Origin: Pocillopora damicornis
Taxonomy: Eukaryota
Direction of reading: 5' to 3'
Assembly (NCBI RefSeq): GCF_003704095.1
Contig: NW_020844463.1
Location: 496,001-560,000 of the forward strand
Length of the DNA stretch: 64,000 bases
In this document: positions 61,301-64,000 of the stretch, in pieces
How positions within the stretch are numbered: the stretch's first letter is position 1
Layout: each line of letters begins with the position of its first letter
Position numbers and translations under genes: made by a program
Notes under the pieces: generated by a model
Database searches by the model: none
Seen by the model: only the letters and a program-made list of their open reading frames with translations
Told to the model about the DNA's origin: nothing

Positions 61301-64000
61301 ACCATAATGCATGTCGTTATTCGGGAGGCTATCGACACTGAGGCTTTGACCTTTTTGTCTCCACTGATTTCCTCCTTGCAGTAGCAATAATCATATCATC
61401 TGTTTCCACATTTTCTACAGGATAAATGTCAATTCCGTGTGCAGTTCCTACTTTTTTATGACTTTAATACCTTGAATTTTTTATTAAACGAACTGCATTC
61501 ATAGTCCTCTTTATTTTTCTGCTTCACAGTTATTTTTGCTTCAATCAGTACATTTATCCTCAATGCTTCAAGAAAACATACAATCCTTTGACCTACATTT
61601 GCTGCCAGAACAACTTCTACACTCGTCCCGGTGGTAAATATGCGAGATGCTGTGAGAAGAAGGCATATGACTCGTCCACCAATTTCTGTCACAGAGGCAC
61701 CATTGTTCCCAAATGTGGTAACAGAATATACGACCCTGATCACTTCCTATGTTGCAATGGTAACCTATGTCCTCAGTACGGAGTAAAGCAAGGCAAATGC
61801 TGCGGCATAAAAAGCTATGACTCACGCTACTACTTCTGCTATGGAAGCAAGATCTACAAAAAGTGTGGCGGAAATGCCTACAATATCCAGACGTCATTCT
61901 GTTGTGGGAACCTCGTGGCACCTCGGGGTGGTTACGGCCACTATGCCAGCTGCTGTTACAAACGTCCATATAACTCACGCACTGAGTTCTGTTTCAGCCA
62001 AAAGGTGTACGCTAAATGTGGCTTGTCCCCTTACAATCCCACCAGGAGCCTTTGCTGCAACAAGCGCGTAGTTCCTAAGATTGGTGGTAGCTTTACCGCT
62101 TGCTGCCTCACTAGAAGTTATGACAGCCGGCAATACTTCTGCCATGGAGGTAAGATCGTTCCCTTGTGCGGAAAGAAGCCTTACAATCCAGTTAGCCAGA
62201 TTTGTTGCAATTCTGTGATTGCTGCACGGACGGGTGGATTGCAAGCCGGGTGTTGTGGTAGAAGCAGCTATAACCAGCTCTTAGCTTTTTGCGCCGGCGG
62301 AGTTGTTTACAAGTAAGTACATGATGGAACGTTGAGTGTGACTTAAATAAAAGATAGCTTAGTTAGATATGGAGCTAAAAGAAGCTAAAATCCCTCTTTT
62401 CTTGTTAGGATATATTGAGTGATATGCGTAAGCTCCAAAATTCATTATGCCACGACCAGTCTTTGGCCTCCGTAAGGAAACGTACCAATCTGGGCCCAGT
62501 TGTATAGAGGGTGGATAACGCTATCCAAAGGATAAATCGTCATCCAGCAGATAAGTCATAGCAAAACATATAGTGTCATCCACCGACATCCAGTGGATAG
62601 TGTTATCCGACCTTCGAACAACCGGGGCCTGGGTTATAGTACTGACATGGACTTCCTTGCGACTTTCTATTTCTTACATAATGTCATGAGTGACAAAATA
62701 CTAATTTTGACTTTAAAGGTTTGTGCTCGTTTGTAGTTTCGCTAATGAAATTTCGAAGTTACGATGGCAACGTTTTTTAAAGTCATGGTTCCAGGGTTTC
62801 ACATAGAATTCACAATGTAATAGAGGGAGATGATATAACACAATTTGACGATGCGAAAACTTACGTTTGCTTTTAGCCGTTTAGGAGTTGTACGATGGGG
62901 TTTTCATTGACTTATTCATAGAAGAAATAATGCTTTTTAAATCGTATGCTTATCCTTTTAAGCTCTGGCAAAATTGTATATTTTCCATCGCCCAAGGCTC
63001 CGGAGATGATTGAAATCTAGACAGAATAGAATTTCACTCGTCATCAATGTTTCGTAGCACTTTTAAGAGTAGGAGGTTTGTTTTCCAAGTAATTTATGCT
63101 AGACTTCTTTTACTCTTTAAAAAAAGTCTAGCATCTTTGAAAAATTCATTAACGTGAGTACATTGCAAATTTTGTTAAACTTCTTTAGAATCAAAACATC
63201 GGCCCTTACAGACAACGATGACAGGATTCAACTCTCGAAGTAGAGTTTCGCATTTTCTTACACAGTTAGCGTAGAATCAGTCCTTACAACCCCCTTGTCA
63301 GGATCATTATTGTTCTTAAAATATTGGTAAAATAGTTACGTGATCAAGAGAGTGTGAAACTTCTAACATCGAAAAAAACATAACACCTCTTCGCGGCAAA
63401 TTTTGAAAAGATCTCCACGAAAATACAAATTATAAATTATACTTCAAGTAATACTATCAGGTCTAAGTTCTTTAATGTAAAAAAAAAATGTCTCCTTCTT
63501 TTACAACAGTAAGTGTGGAAGTAGTCCTTACAACCCTACCCGTCAGCAGTGCTGCAGTGGGAAGGTTGTTCCTCGAGTTGGCGGCAAGGACGCCAAGTGT
63601 TGTGGTGCCCACAGTTACGATCCCGTTTCATACTTCTGCAACAGTGGCCATGTCTTCCTGAAGTGCAATGCCAACAGCTATGATCCCTCCACGCACATGT
63701 GCTGTGAGAATTACTTAGTATCCCGACTTGGTGGTGCTGCTGCACGCTGCTGTTCGCGGTACAGTTACAGTTCTCTGACCCACTTCTGCCACTCAGACAA
63801 AGTGTACACTTTGTGTGGCAAGACTGAGTACAATCCATCCAGCTTCATTTGCTGCAATGGACAAGTGACGTCGCGTGTAGGAGGCTCGAGGGCGAAGTGT
63901 TGTGCTCATCTCAGCTATGACGATAGCCGCTACTTTTGTCTTCAATCAAAAGTCTATCCACTCTGTGAGAAGAAAAGCTACAACCCTGCTGTGACATTAT
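58316..64000 (+). CDS. Secreted galaxin-like di-cysteine repeat protein (runs off the window end)
   Basis: Exons 58316-58424 (signal-like MLFVSVITVSLGVLLAA, phase 1), 60531-60924 (phase 2), 61530-62312 (phase 2, donor GTAAGT) and 63510->64000. The junctions YDSGS|YFC and GVVYN|KCG continue the repeat register exactly. Repeats are of the CxxxxY(N/D)PxxxxCC type. Intron 2 contains an N gap. Confidence 0.88.
60974..61083. other. Assembly gap (110 N) inside galaxin-like intron 2
   Basis: Run of N. Confidence 1.
62490..62631. mobile_element. MITE with internal GGATA/TATCC repeats; degenerate relative at ~53525-53681
   Basis: TIR-like ends CTGGGCCCAGTTG / CAACCGGGGCCTG; repeated GGATAA...TATCC motifs. 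Confidence 0.7.

Noticed and set aside
35865-63838. Antisense or alternate-frame ORFs over gene A, the ankyrin gene and the galaxin-like exons
   Set aside because: Shadow ORFs of real coding exons.
61588-64000. Two separate galaxin genes (one ending at 62316, another at 63.5 kb)
   Set aside because: The GTAAGT donor at 62313 and acceptor at 63509 match in phase and continue the repeat; no second signal-peptide exon was seen.

Overview
Eukaryotic, intron-rich, AT-rich genomic DNA, most likely from a stony coral (inferred from the galaxin-type gene, Penelope/hammerhead repeats and cnidarian-type SINE/MITE families). There are two assembly gaps (6638-6737, 60974-61083). Reconstructed genes: (1) a divergent alpha-carbonic-anhydrase-like gene (+, ~9929-12356) that keeps the three Zn-binding His but has lost the Glu106/Thr199 gatekeepers, followed by a pseudogenised tandem paralog sharing its GNLVEP motif; (2) a 19-exon dihydropyrimidinase (-, 16905-30731, 567 aa) with intact catalytic residues and a CRMP-type C-terminal tail; (3) two convergent, apparently paralogous two-exon orphan genes for coiled-coil proteins with C-terminal membrane anchors (+33300-36591; -37833-38770); (4) an ~26-repeat ankyrin protein with an uninterrupted CDS ending in the CaaX motif CIIL (-44626-47295); (5) a secreted galaxin-like Cys-rich protein of 50-aa six-cysteine repeats (+58316 to beyond 64000), with a possible short isoform from intronic polyadenylation. 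Also present: a truncated Penelope retroelement, three minimal hammerhead-ribozyme motifs, SINEs, MITEs, a foldback repeat and an old non-coding tandem duplication. All calls come from manual reading; no database searches were run.
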